Origin: Gonapodya sp. JEL0774
Lineage: Eukaryota
Direction: 5' to 3'
DNA length: 64,000 bases
Assembly: GCA_027604505.1 (NCBI GenBank)
Contig: JADIIX010000018.1
Coordinates: forward strand, 62,001-126,000
The notes beneath the pieces were generated by a model. The model searched no databases. It saw only the letters and a program-made list of their open reading frames with translations, and had not been told where the DNA came from. The translations under genes and the position numbers were made by a program. Below are positions 39,694 to 52,300 of this stretch, piece after piece. The first letter of the stretch is position 1. Each line of letters starts with the position of its first letter.

Positions 39694-42600
39694 ATGAGTG
39701 CGGAAGTCCAAACACCATCGATACCATCTCCAGCAGATGGGCAGGCTCCTCGAATCTACGTGGAATCGTCCCAAACACCTGAGAAAGGGAGTGATACGTC
39801 AACCGGAAGTGGCATCACGATTGAGAGCCGATCGGGGACGCGAGGAAGGGAAGGTCAAAGAGAGGGATTAGAGGAAGGATCTGTTGCGTCTTTGGGTCTC
39901 TTGGAGCTCTCGCAGGCGGGAACGAGTCCGGCGGTCTCGTCCCAACCCGATTGGACCCCGAATCATTCTCAGACAAAACTGTCCCTAGGATTCACGGGCA
40001 AGGCGCTATCAAATCCAAATGGGGCACTTTCAGGGGACGAACTCATGGTTATTGGCAGGATTGAGGTGGACGTGGACATGGACGTTGGAGAGAGAGTTCT
40101 CCTGCATTGTCCACAACGAGAGAAAGATTCACCTCCACCAGGAACGGAGAATCTTGATAGCCGTGTGCGCACTCCAACTTACTCACAGAAAATAGAACGA
40201 AGAGATTCCAATTTCACATCTATCCGAGCAAATCAGGTCCGAGCGCGGACTCCACCTCTTGCAGGGAGTTCTCACTTCAACTCATCCCAGGACTCTCAAC
40301 TGTACCCGCTATCGAATTCAGTCCCTCCAATATCTCCTCCTCACGTAAACCCAAGATTCGCCTCCCAACCCACTCCGCGGATCGAACGGCGACGGTACCC
40401 TTTGTCATCTATTGCGTCAGCACCTATGTCGTCCCCGCCATCACGCTCAGATCACGCACGGGGAGAAGCGTTGGTGCTGTGTGGTGGATTGAGGGTTACG
40501 GGTAGTCTGGACTCAATGGGGCAATTTTCTAAGAACCAAGCAGCGGACGTTCAAGACAGCACACCCATACACAGCCAGGGCGGCTCCGATGAGCCCGACA
40601 ATCTGCCCGAGGGAGATCTCCAGATGGAACTCACGCCGACGGTCATTGTTCCTGCCACCCGTCCTTCGCAGAACTGCCTTCCATTCGCCACGGGCGATAC
40701 ACCCATCGACTGGGACGCATCTTTTCATATAGGGGAGTCAGGCTCAGAAGCTCAGGGAGGAACGCCAAGGATGTTTGGAGCCGAAGCGGAGAATTGTGTC
40801 TCTAGTGGATGCAGTTTTCAAGGGGAATTCGTGGCGGGTAACGAGAGTGTAGGAGTCAAATCTGTGCTTGAACCAGGAAATGGAGCAGAGTTTGGGGTGA
40901 CTGCTGGTGAGGACCAAGTGAACTCGCTTCCTTCCTGAATGGGTTGCATTCTTCTCCCGGGCCGACCTTGCTCCCAATCCCAGATCCAAGGTTTCATGGC
41001 AACCCGACTAATACTAATGGAAATGCCGACGGCAACAATCAAATCACAAAGAGCCGTTTGGTGGATCCTGAAGCAGTAACCGAGTTAGTCCCGAACTCAC
41101 CATTCTTTCCAGATTTGGTTTTATCGAGTGTGAGTTATGGAATTTGAATTGCCTGACGCACCACTGTGGCGTCGACACACAACTCCACCTTCCTGCAAAT
41201 TTACATCCATCCTGCTCTCACTCAGAAGCCTTGGATTTCGCAGTGAGTCTCCTTCATTTGGCAGACATGGAAAATGTGGTCACATAAAAGCCTTTCTAAA
41301 CAATTTTGAAGGCCTTCGGACCTCCCGCATACCTCCTCTGCAACCTTCTTCACTCCACCTGACGCTCGTGCAGCAAATACAGCGGGCGACGAGCAGCAAC
41401 CTCAGGTGAGATAAGTGGGCACGACTACCGTATGCGGTCAGATTCTTCTGTCTGCATGCTTTTCAATCGCTCCTAACGGACCCTTAATTGCAATTCCTCC
41501 AACGCACGTATGCGCACCGTGATCGGACCTCCAACGTCTCAGCAACACACTATCCAGGTTGAGTCGGTTCCAATGTTGCTTCCGGAGCTGTCGTCTGGCA
41601 GTTCGGGAGTTGACGATGGACACGGAGAAGCATCCGCCGGCGATCAAGTACATGACTTCAGCGCGTTAGGCGAAGAGAGAGCCAATCGGCCTGAGGGATA
41701 CGTAGAGGAGGATGAAGAGGAGCTTGACGAGAGCGGGACGCCCTCGCAGAGAGTGCTGGATTTTGTCGGACATCGGCGAGGGGAAGCTGAGAGGGATGGT
41801 GAAGAGGATGAATACGAAGAAGGTAACGACGGTCATGGCCCAGTAGGAGTTGCAGGTGTGGGTAATGGAGATGAACGAAGCGATGATGACGATGATGACG
41901 AATCCTTCACTGACGTTGTTGAGTCTAGGCAAGACGGTCATGAGAGTGATTCGAACGATGGGAATGGTGACGGTACACAGCATCCTGTTAACCTTGTCAT
42001 TGGATTGTCGCAGTCTCAGAAGGAAGTGGATGCACTGGGCATTGGAAATGTGGAAGGGCAGCATTTTGATGAAGCTGAATTGCGAGTGGAAACAAAGAAG
42101 GAGATGGAAGCGTTGGCTGTGGTGGTGGGCGACTGTTCGTGCAGAATTGTTAGCCATCGGACCAGTGTTACTGCCCGCAGCTGCACGCTGCCCCGCGCTT
42201 CTCCACAATGCGATGAATCAATGATGTCCGGGAGACTCTTGGGACTTGCTCCGCCTTCAGCTCTCCAAACCTATGCATCTAATGGACATGAGCACCAACA
42301 CAATGCACAACAAGCACTTTTATCTCCTGCGCCTACTGGTGGAAAACTTCACCTCCACCTCTGCAATACACAACCAGATAACTCCTCCACTCAAGGGACC
42401 CCTGGGAAGGCTCTTCAAGCTCCAGTCTCGATGGCGATGCTTTCGAGTCCAACTCAAGAGCACCCAACACAGAGACAGAACCCGCGAAATCAGGAGGGTT
42501 CGAGTGGTGCGTCAGCGAAGTGTCAAGCTTCCTTTGTGCCGGCACCGTTACCGCGCTTGTCCACTGTAAAAGCTCATGTGGGGTCACCCTCCCGGCCCGA

Positions 42601-45236
42601 AAAGCGCCCCCGCGAAGTGTCGTCTGTTGGTACTCATAGTGAACTTGTTGCTCGGAACATTAGAGCTGAAAGTCTCGAAGGCAGAAACGCGCAACTGGAC
42701 GAAGGTGAAAGACGATATCCGACGGTTGGCAAACGTCGGAGAAAGATGGTGATTCAGGATACTCAAGAAGGGGAAGAGGAGAAAGGAGTGGATTTCGGTG
42801 GAGCTGCGGGGATGGAATGTGCAGAAGTGACGGCAGCAGGCAATATGGGACCGCCCAAGCGTGATAAAGGGAACGACAAGGGTGATATACTCCCCATGGA
42901 AATCGACGAGGTGGATTTCACACGAATCCCCGTCCCTCCGAACCTAAAACCAATATCTCCGCCTACCCGAAACTCCTCGATATCCAAGTTTGTGTCACGA
43001 CCCAGCTCTCCCCGCCGCCGCTCGTTTGGATTGTCCCAGCATGAGCGGTCTCCCCAAGTTAAACAGTGTGGGGCGTGTGGAACTCGGCTGACCACAATGT
43101 GGAGAAGAGGTCAGTAATGGTGGCAACGAAGTTTGCGTGGATTATTTGGACCTACTATCATCACAAATTGCCTCTGCTCACACTACTTGATTCGAACCAA
43201 CAGGGCCCGATGGTCCAGGGACTCTCTGTGCATCATGTGGCTCCTACTTTGCTCGCAAGGGAACCCTCGACGGGTGGGAAGATGCGCGTCGCGAGGGCAG
43301 CAACTCTCGGCGATCGGTTGCGATGATTGCAATGGACTTGTCTCCACCGGGGCGGGGCATGAGCGAAGGAATGCCACAAGCGGTCGCTACAATGAATCCT
43401 ATTGGGGTGCAGATGCTTGCATCGTCAACCCATGAAAATTTGTCAATTGCTTTTGAGGAAGGACAAATGGTGTGGGGAAGGAAGGTGACTTAGGTCACAG
43501 GTACTTTTCACAGCTTAACGACAGCTTAACTGTGGTCCCCCATAGGACGACCCTGGAAACAACGCTGGTGAATTGTTGGGCGCGGGTTGGGTGGAGAAGA
43601 GAAGATGTGGAACTCAATATGATGTACAGTTTGCTGGAGGTAGGATCTTCTCAGATGTCCGATGGTTATCACATTGCGCTAACGCAGTACACGGACAGGT
43701 CACACGGAGATTTTGGATGCTGAGGTGAGCCAATGATTTTTCGGCTCTCAGTTGCTGATGTTTACGGCGTTATAACCTTCGAGTACGCAGAACATCTTCA
43801 CCTTCCAACAGCTCCCTCCAAACACTTCAGTCCTCTCTCTTCGAAAAATCGGTCGCTCGATAGTGCTTCAAGAGGCTTCTGTGATCTCCTCCACCGACGA
43901 TGATGCTACTATTGCATGGAGGGATGGAGAAAACACTGTGGAGACAAGAGCATGGACACATTTACTGGTGGCAAGACAGGTTGTCGAGGTACTGAACGCA
44001 AATGCACCGAGAGTCACGGAAACTGTGAGACGTGGAGACGCTGCTGTACCAGGGAGTTGTGACATGCATTCAAAAGGCGCAAGTGGGTGATAATGTTTCA
44101 AAACGAGGTAAAAACTGATATAGCTCGCTCATCAAGTTCATTTGCCAGTTGATCAAATGCTCGCCAATTACGCATTCGTGTTCACTCTCCCGGTTGATAC
44201 GGGAGGAAGAACATGCGAGCGGTGCGATCCCAAAGGAGATCCCCTTGGTAAGTTTCACCAGTATCATCTTGCCTCCATTACTAATTGATCACCTCAATTG
44301 CAGTTATCAGCAAACGGGAGATGACTCGCATTATTCTCGAACGTGGTGGAAAAGTGTTCGATTCTTTTTCGGAATGCTTTCGGGCGCGTGAGCGTCTCAC
44401 AAAGAGAACAGTACTTCTGCTTGCGACTCGACCCCTGTGAGTGGCGCAAAAATGTTCCTCAATTATCTTTTAAAACCGAGGGTGCATTGGCAGGAGGACG
44501 GTGAAGTACCTCCTGGCGCTTGCTCTGGGTGTTCCAACTGTGTCGATTGGGTGGTTGCGGACTGTCTCTGAAAAGGTGAATACTCTGGTGAAAGCTTATG
44601 TTTTTTGCCCGCCACATGACAGGTTTGTTGTTCAAGGGTCTGGTCTCCGATCCAAATTTGTACCGTCTTTCGAATGGATTCTCGAAGGAGTTGGGCGCCT
44701 TTGTCAGGTTGGAGCATTTCGTGTTTGACAAACGTATGGTCGGACACTCATCCACCGGCTCTCTCACTCCACCAGTCCTCCACCATTAACTGGTGGTGTT
44801 TTTTCAGGTGCCAAAGCTTACGTGCACTCTATTTCCGCCGCGTGGCGGTCGACGTGGGAGTCTGTTATGATCGCTGTAAGCGGTGAAGTCATTTTTCGAT
44901 CAACACCCTCAACACCAAAGATCTTTCGTGCATTCATTTTGCTTAGGCCGGTGCAATTATTGTTACTGTCACTCCAACTACTGCTTTCTGCGACCTGATC
45001 GTCACTGACCGCCCTGTGTCCACCGTCACACTACAGTCCCTATTCCGATCACGGAAATGCAACCCTATAATCGTCTCGTCTGAGTATGTTCTGCAGTGCG
45101 TGATAGCGCAGGTTCGTGACGGCAGCCGACTAATCGTCAGTATAAGTTGATCCAGCCTGATAATACTTTATCGACTTCACCCCTGCAGCGACGTTTAGCT
45201 GTTGAGTCACATCCGTCTTACAAGCGAAATCCATAG
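39694..45236 (+). CDS. 53BP1/Rad9/Crb2-like checkpoint mediator: disordered S/TQ-containing N-terminus, GATA zinc finger, tandem Tudor-like, tandem BRCT
   Basis: BRCT1 KYLLALALGVPTVSIGWL; BRCT2 IVSSEYVLQCVIAQ|RRLAVESHPSYK (53BP1-like end); Tudor-like FEEGQMVWGR...QYDVQFAG; GATA finger spliced at ~43110/43203. Confidence 0.75.
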
Positions 45237-45345
45237 TTTTTATGCCAACGCATTAGGAATTATTTCTATGTAAATAGTAGTTTGACTGTACAGACAAAGC
45301 TTCAACATTATGGATCAACACCTTCACTCTTGTGTATACAGTTTA

Positions 45346-46810
45346 CTATCGAAATTCAAATGCTGAAAACAAAAGGAAAGGCAGGGTGACCTTCATTTTT
45401 CAGTTTTCTTACACTGCCGAACTTACCACCAACACTCCGATGTTCTCTCGCTGCATGATAACACTTGCCGTACAAATCGTCATTGTTAACACAAGATAAC
45501 GCCATACAGCAGAAAGAAGAAACACGCTTACATTCAATTGCTGAAACCACTCTGAGGTAGAATGAAAATAGTCTAGGTAGACAATAATGACAATTTGTTG
45601 GGCAAGCCACATGAAAAGACATCTTGCATCTAGCAGCGATCTCACATCCTGTCAATTGGTCTCGTGCTCCATCGTAGCAGACATAGTAAAATCCAGCAAA
45701 TGACGCTCCCGACACATGTTTTACGGTGTGATCCGGGAGGAGGAATTGTTCCTGAACAGCAAATGAGCGTCTCGCATAGTGAGTTACAGTAACAAAAAAC
45801 ATTCTCATACCTTCCATCGCACTCAGAGGCATAAGTGAGGGCAATCAATACCGACAATTGATTCCAAAGCCCGAACACCCTTTAGCACTCACTGAATATA
45901 ACGTCCTTCCCTCGAAAATCATAGTCGAAATTGTCCGAGTTGAAGACTTCTTCATATGGTTGGAAGGAATGAAACTTAACCTTGGACATCAATCTCAGTT
46001 TAACATTCCATTAAAGGCGCAAGAGGCAATCTGACAAGCACCCAATGCTGCCGGTCGATGTACTCGTCTGCATCCCATTTTCTGGGAGAGAAAAGAAAAC
46101 CTTGCAGTGAGAATGAATGCTGAAGCTGCTTCAGCATTCACCTTGTTAAAAACTTGTGTCTAGGCCCTATTATTCTGACGATACCACGACGCTCTTAGAA
46201 ATTAAACACACATCTCTTTTTTGCCGATAGAACTTACTCTGCCTCAAAATAAGTGGTGAGGTCAGGATTCGACTGGACAATGCTACTTAGGTTCAGCTCT
46301 TTGAAAATCGATATGCAAGAGCTTACCTCCGTGAGTCCTCGAATCGTCAATGTTCCACTCAGAAAGCTCTCATTCAGATTCACGTGCGCAATATCCACCT
46401 TCAATGGAGCCAACTTTCAAAGGAGGCCGAGAATCTCACTAACGCCAGGTCCAAATGGCCCACACTCTCACCTGGACACCGTAACTATGTCTACCACTCC
46501 TTTGTTCACCGATAAATTTCGCGCCGGCATACAATCCGACTTCGTTGAGCGATGACAATGGCAGAGTTGTAAATGCAAGGAAGTGAAACGGTGATCGTCC
46601 CCACCACTCACATATTCCACAGCTCGGAAACCTCGTACCAGGCGTGATACATGTCTGCTCTGACTTTCTTCGCTCTTTGTCGCGGATCACTGCCGATTTC
46701 GGGAACCTGCCGGAATGCTCGGCGTTCCCCTCATTCTCGCGCAAACCATGTTTTGGCGCGACGATCGGCGAGCGTAAGTCATGTGATGCGATTGGAAGAA
46801 GACCAGGCAT
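45346..46810 (-). CDS. GID4: GID complex substrate receptor Gid4/Vid24
   Basis: MP start; LYAGAKFIGEQRSGRHSYGVQV, LSGTLTIRGLT, QFLLPDHTVKHVSGASFAGFYYVC, YFHSTSEWFQQLN; terminal FEFR*. Confidence 0.92.
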
Positions 46811-46894
46811 GGCTTCAGTTGACACTAATGCCGGTGGAAGATAAAAGGTGGCACTCAGGTAGCACCCCTTTTCTATTATATGTTTGGTTACAGT

Positions 46895-48421
46895 CTACAA
46901 ACCAATACCACCGTCTATTACGCAATAGAGAAATGAGCCACGGATAGATTAATACTCGTGGTGAGAATGCCTCCAAGCACAACCGGAACTCACGTTGGAA
47001 CTTTTCGAGGTAGGCGGGCAAACTGACGAGACATGTCGAGAAGAAGGCACGAATGCTTTGCAACCGCCTCAGAGAAAAGGTGCCCGCTCTTGAACCACTT
47101 ACCCGTATTGTTGCCTCTCCAGCATCTTCATGGCCTTGCCCTTCAGCTCGGGCTTTGCAGCAACGACGTCCTCGACCTGGGGGTGTAGATAATTGTGGGA
47201 GAAGAGAATTTCGGTGAGAAGCACTCTAAGGAAATAAGCTGCACTATCTGCTGAACGCAATATCTTGTCTGATGTATTTCTCGCTCACGGATCAACGCAT
47301 TAGAGCGCAAACAAGGTCCTCTCCACGATCACAGTACACGTTCTGTGTTGTGAGCCGTCTTGCAAGAGGAAACTCACCGTCAGCTGGTCTACTGGCCGGG
47401 CATTCTCAATGTTCTTGAGAAGCTCGCCCAACTCCTTCACCTCGACTTCGACCTTAGCGGCTGTGCGCTCAGCGAGGGCGAGCTGGAGGAAGGAAGGAAA
47501 TAGTGATCAGGAGATGTTTTTGCGTGTTACTTGAAATGTGGCAGTTATTTCGTCAGACGCAACCGAACTAAAGTTCTGCACACTCGTCCATTTCTTCCAT
47601 GAATCACGAGCGACAATGACCCAACCGCGCCGAACCGTGCACTCGTCACTGTCAGTACCTCCAGTGACATGAGCGGCGACGTATTGAAGAACCTTTCGAC
47701 CTGGCTAGCCCAACTATTGTCCCAGGAAAGATGCAGCACTCCATGACACAGTTCTCAGGTCCACATAATGTTACAAGCTACATTTTCCATCCTGTAATCA
47801 ATGCATCTTGGAAGTCTCGGCAACTCCATGTCCGGCTGGTACGATGGGACATGAACGGACTTGTTTCCCCCCATTTCTTTCGTGTCGAATCTTCCACTCA
47901 CAGTTTTGGCCTCCTGCGCATTGATGAGCTTGATTTGTTCCGAAACATCGTACTTGGCAGGCACGAATCCCTTGATAGCTTTCTCCGCCTCGTCAACTAC
48001 TTTAGTATTCTGGAGCGATTGACGGTACGAAGTGAAGTCGATAGGTTTCAGCTGAGAGCGTAGCTCCGCAATCTGCGCGGAGAGGTCCCCATGCCGCCGA
48101 CGGAACGCAGAGAGGGATGCGACGGTTTCGGGGCGGAGGTTCGATGTGAGGGTCGCCCAGTCAATTCTTTCAGAGGTCGACAAGTTGAGATTGGCGAAGG
48201 AGAGACACCAATTTGACAATCATCAATTCAGGAGTACAACAGAGTTAAGCGGCAAAACGCGCCGAATGGAAAAAGCAGGGATATGGTTCGAGAGGAAAAG
48301 TTGTTGAGATGGATTCAACCAGCGACCGGAAACCGGCAATCGGAAGCAACTTCACAGCAGCTTCCACGATGGAGTTGAAAATGATCACCCACTTCGTGGC
48401 TGCCGACTTTGCGACCGACAT
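46895..48421 (-). CDS. ATP7: Mitochondrial ATP synthase subunit d, about 6 exons
   Basis: MSVAKSAATK|IDWATL...AFRRRH...IDFTSYRQSLQNTKVVDEAEK...KNIENARPVDQLT|VEDVVAAKPE...LPAYLEKF. Confidence 0.93.
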
Positions 48422-48514
48422 TGTGCCAATTGGTGTGGACCGGGTTGCGAGGAAAATTCGGACAGGAGCTCTGGTGTGCCAATATTATTTGGTTGATCTG
48501 CCTCTTCATTGAAA

Positions 48515-48571
48515 AATAGCCCATGCTTTTTTCAATAGCCCATGCTTTTTTCAATAGCCCATGCTCTTCTC
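48515..48571. repeat. 19-bp tandem repeat x3 (aatagcccatgcttttttc) upstream of ATP7
   Basis: Two perfect copies and one degenerate copy, read directly. Confidence 0.9.
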
Positions 48572-49314
48572 AAAAATGAGTAAATAGTGCAAAAGAATAT
48601 GTCGAAATTCCAGAATATTTGTTTTCCATGTTGAGGCTCAGGGGTGATGGCTCGGGCACTGCCTCTGACTTCAAACCGCAAGTATGAGCAGCAGCGTCGC
48701 TTATCGTGACTGCTCGGGTACTGATTTGTTTCCGACATCTGGTGGGAGTTCTTCGGCTGGACAGAGGGCAAAGAACCCCGAATAACATCGAGATGGCATC
48801 TGGATCATCAATTTCTGCTTCCAGTTACCGTCTTGCCGGGAAACTCGACAACGAAGGGGTTTCACTGTGTCCACATCGAACATCATTGAAAGCACCCCGA
48901 CAATCTTCCTAGCGGCATCGTCTCCGGTTTTCCCGATCAGATACTTTCTTCTTGAATGTGCCTTCTTTATGAGCGCTCAGTACTGAGGATCGCCGGGGAA
49001 GCGTACAACGGGAACTATATTATGCACTACTAGACATGCATCCACTTACCTCCTCGTCCCCCGCGACAGCGTGAGCATCTGATCTGGCACCGTTCCGCAA
49101 TACAACATCATGGAATGAATCGGAGTTTGAAGATGCGGTGCTTGATTTGTCCACCAGTCTTGCGGATTGTTAGACAGAGTCACAGAATTAAGTAATATTT
49201 GCAATGATATAACATTCCCAGTGTATTCAAATATATGCAAAGACTTGAAAGGAGCGATTTCGACAAAGACGTTGTGGTGTGTTGAAACGGGTTGCTCATT
49301 GACCACCATCGGAA

Positions 49315-52300
49315 ATGCCACCCAAAAAGGGGCCGGCAGTTTCCGCTCCTAACTCTTCGGGCGCGACGTTTTCTCTTTCGTCGATCCGCAAGTTTGAGTC
49401 TTCTACAAGCTCCGACAATATTGGAGCCGTACGTTCAAGTGCACTGAATGAGGAACATTCAGCTCCTGCCCGCCCATTTGAGATAACAGAAGCGCCGGTG
49501 TTCAAGCCCACCGATGAAGAATGGGCCGACCCTTACCGACTGCTAGGGGAGCTTCGTGCAAAGGGTGGGTGGGCTGGAATGTGTAAAGTGATTCCCCCTC
49601 AAGGATGGAAGCAAAAGATGGACTTAGATGCCGAGGTGAGTTATCCTGCGGAATCTAATTTTCGCGGCGTAGTAGTTTCTTGCTGTCCCGAGTCCAGTCA
49701 TGGGTTCAGTTGTTTTGAAAAGCACATGAGGGTTTGCGTCACCCCGAATCAAATTGAGATGGAAGAACAAGTGATCACATGATTTGACCACGGAATGGTG
49801 ACTTTGGCACTACTGATTGAAGTATGTGAGAGTGTGGACAGAAAAGCCGTTGTGCATGTTGGAGAGGTCACCACCAGAACTTGACAGCCAACTTTGATTT
49901 CTATCGGCCGATCTGATTTCCTCAACTAAATGATATACCTCTCGTGATTTTCTCCACGTCTATCTTGGTGGTGCTCAGCATGCTCGATTTACAGCTCGTC
50001 TCACCCCACTTGGGCCACCTAAGCTGCCACCTCAAACAATATCCCTCAGCTCCGACACCGAAGCTGCCTCATTTCACCCTTATATTAAGGCCCTGGCGTC
50101 GTTTCATGCACTCCAGGGCACGCCATTTCAATCCCACCCAGTTGTAGATCGTCGACAGATTTCCCTCGTGGACCTCCGACGAGAGGTGAGGAGTCGCGGA
50201 GGGTACGATTTGGTATGCGACCGCAAGAAGTGGGCAGAGGTTGCCCGGGCGATGGGGCTGACCAAGGAGAAGAGGAATACTGGGACAAGCCATACTCTCA
50301 AGATGGTTTACGTGCGCAACATCCTGCCGTACGAGAAGGCCGGAGGTCAGGATCTTGCAGTGCCCGAAGTAGATGTTACAAATGGAGAGGAAAATGGTGG
50401 AACTGAGTTTCAGATGGAAGGGACGAGCTTACACGATGGTCCCAGCACATCCGATGTTGGAGTGGACAATAATGGAACACTTACCTCCTCGCATACCTCG
50501 GAAACATTGATCAACATTTCTACAACAACCGAGCAGCATCCATCTTCCATTAGTCTCTCCGGACCCCAGCCTCTGTCTGCGGTCATGGTACCACCTTCGT
50601 CGGCACCAGCCGGCCTTGTTTCCCTACCACCCACTTCTACGAGACCTCCCGAACCCATTGATTCGACAACACACTTCCTGGATGACGATGGCGATTTGTC
50701 AGAACATAACTCGGATGATGACGACTCGGACTTCGAGGAGGTCGGGCCCTCACCCCGTGTGGTAGGATCTGTTAGGTCAGCAACAGAGGCAGTTGCAGAG
50801 AGTGGAACTAGGAGGCCCGTAAGATCGACGAGAGGTACCGTAGTGAATAAGAAGCGTGAGTTTTTGTCGAATTTGCCCCGAGGAGAGAATATGTTCCTGT
50901 TATTATCTCACTCGTGTGAATGATAGCATCTTATGCCGAGAATTCAGATCGAGAATCTTCTCCCGAGGTGAGGCTGACGTCACCTCCGCCACCTCTCCGC
51001 CGGATTTCCTCCCCCGATCCCAGTGTCTCAAACCTGCTGGATCATTCCTGCCAAGTTTGCCGAGAATCGACTAACCCTACTCGAATACTTTTGTGCGATG
51101 GATGTGATACCGAGTGGCATATGGCGTGTCTGGACCCTCCGCTGGATCGCATACCAAAAGGGAAGTGGTTCTGTCCGTATTGCTCTGGAGGAGTCGTGGG
51201 ATTGGTTGATGGCAAGGCATATGATATTTCGAGCTTTGCCAAGGCTGCTGAGATTTACAAAGAGGCGTACTTGAAGAAGAATGCCGTTCAGAACACACAA
51301 CCAACAGGGACTGAGGATGCCCAACGTGGGGGAACAGATTCTGAATCACCAGCGATCATTAACGAGCCCAATCTTTTCATGGATCTCAATGAAATCGAAA
51401 GTGCGTTTTGGCAGCATATTCGGGACGCCGATGGGGAGGGAAATCGCGTCGGCATTGGCATATTGGATCCACGGTCGGGACATGGCAACGGATTTTACGA
51501 CCCGGAAAAGGCACTGGGGCAAGGATTTTCGGATATGGGAAAATGTTCGTGGAATGGTAACAAGTGCGTTTGGGCTACGACGTATCCCTTGCTGCAGCTG
51601 TCTAATGCGAGTGGTGTAGCCTCCCACTTTCTCCATCATCGATTATCCTCCACATGGCAGAACCCCCTGTCGCCTTGGTCCCGCAACTGTCACTAGGGAT
51701 GCTCTTCTCTCACGTAGGTTGGTGTACCGGCCCCCTCGGTGCCCCGTTGGGTTGTTACCTCTGGGGTGGGGAGACGAGGACCTGGTATGCCATTGGAGCG
51801 GATCAAGCGACGAAATTTGAAGAGGTGTCAGCTGGTGACGAAAAGTTGGCTTCGTGGGATCCCTCGAGGCTCGCTGACCGTGGAGTAAAAGTGACCACGT
51901 TGGTGCAAAACCCAGGAGAGTGGTTGATGATAATGGGTGAGTTTGTAGGTTGCGTGCAAAGCAGTGGACGAAGAGACCATTATTTTTCCTTTGGCCTTTG
52001 CAACCAGCTGGTGCATATTACTCTTACATTGACCACGGTGTTAGTTCGCAGTTTTGTTTTGGTGTTTCGGGGGTAATGAAAGCTCACCATTTCTTGGCAG
52101 TTCAATGTTGCGACAATGTCCGCCTTTGCTCCCCCATATTGGCTTCCACATGCTCGCCGCGCTGTCAATCGTCTGCGGGAGGTGCGGCGTTTGTCACCGG
52201 TGTCCCTTGATGAAATCATAATTACTGCGGGAAAGGGAGTCGGATCAGAGTACACGAAGGCGGTATGGTGAGCCTCTTCTATTCACATTGTTGCATTAGC

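Noticed and set aside
48515..48571. CRISPR-like array
   Set aside because: The repeats are contiguous with no spacers, and the context is eukaryotic.
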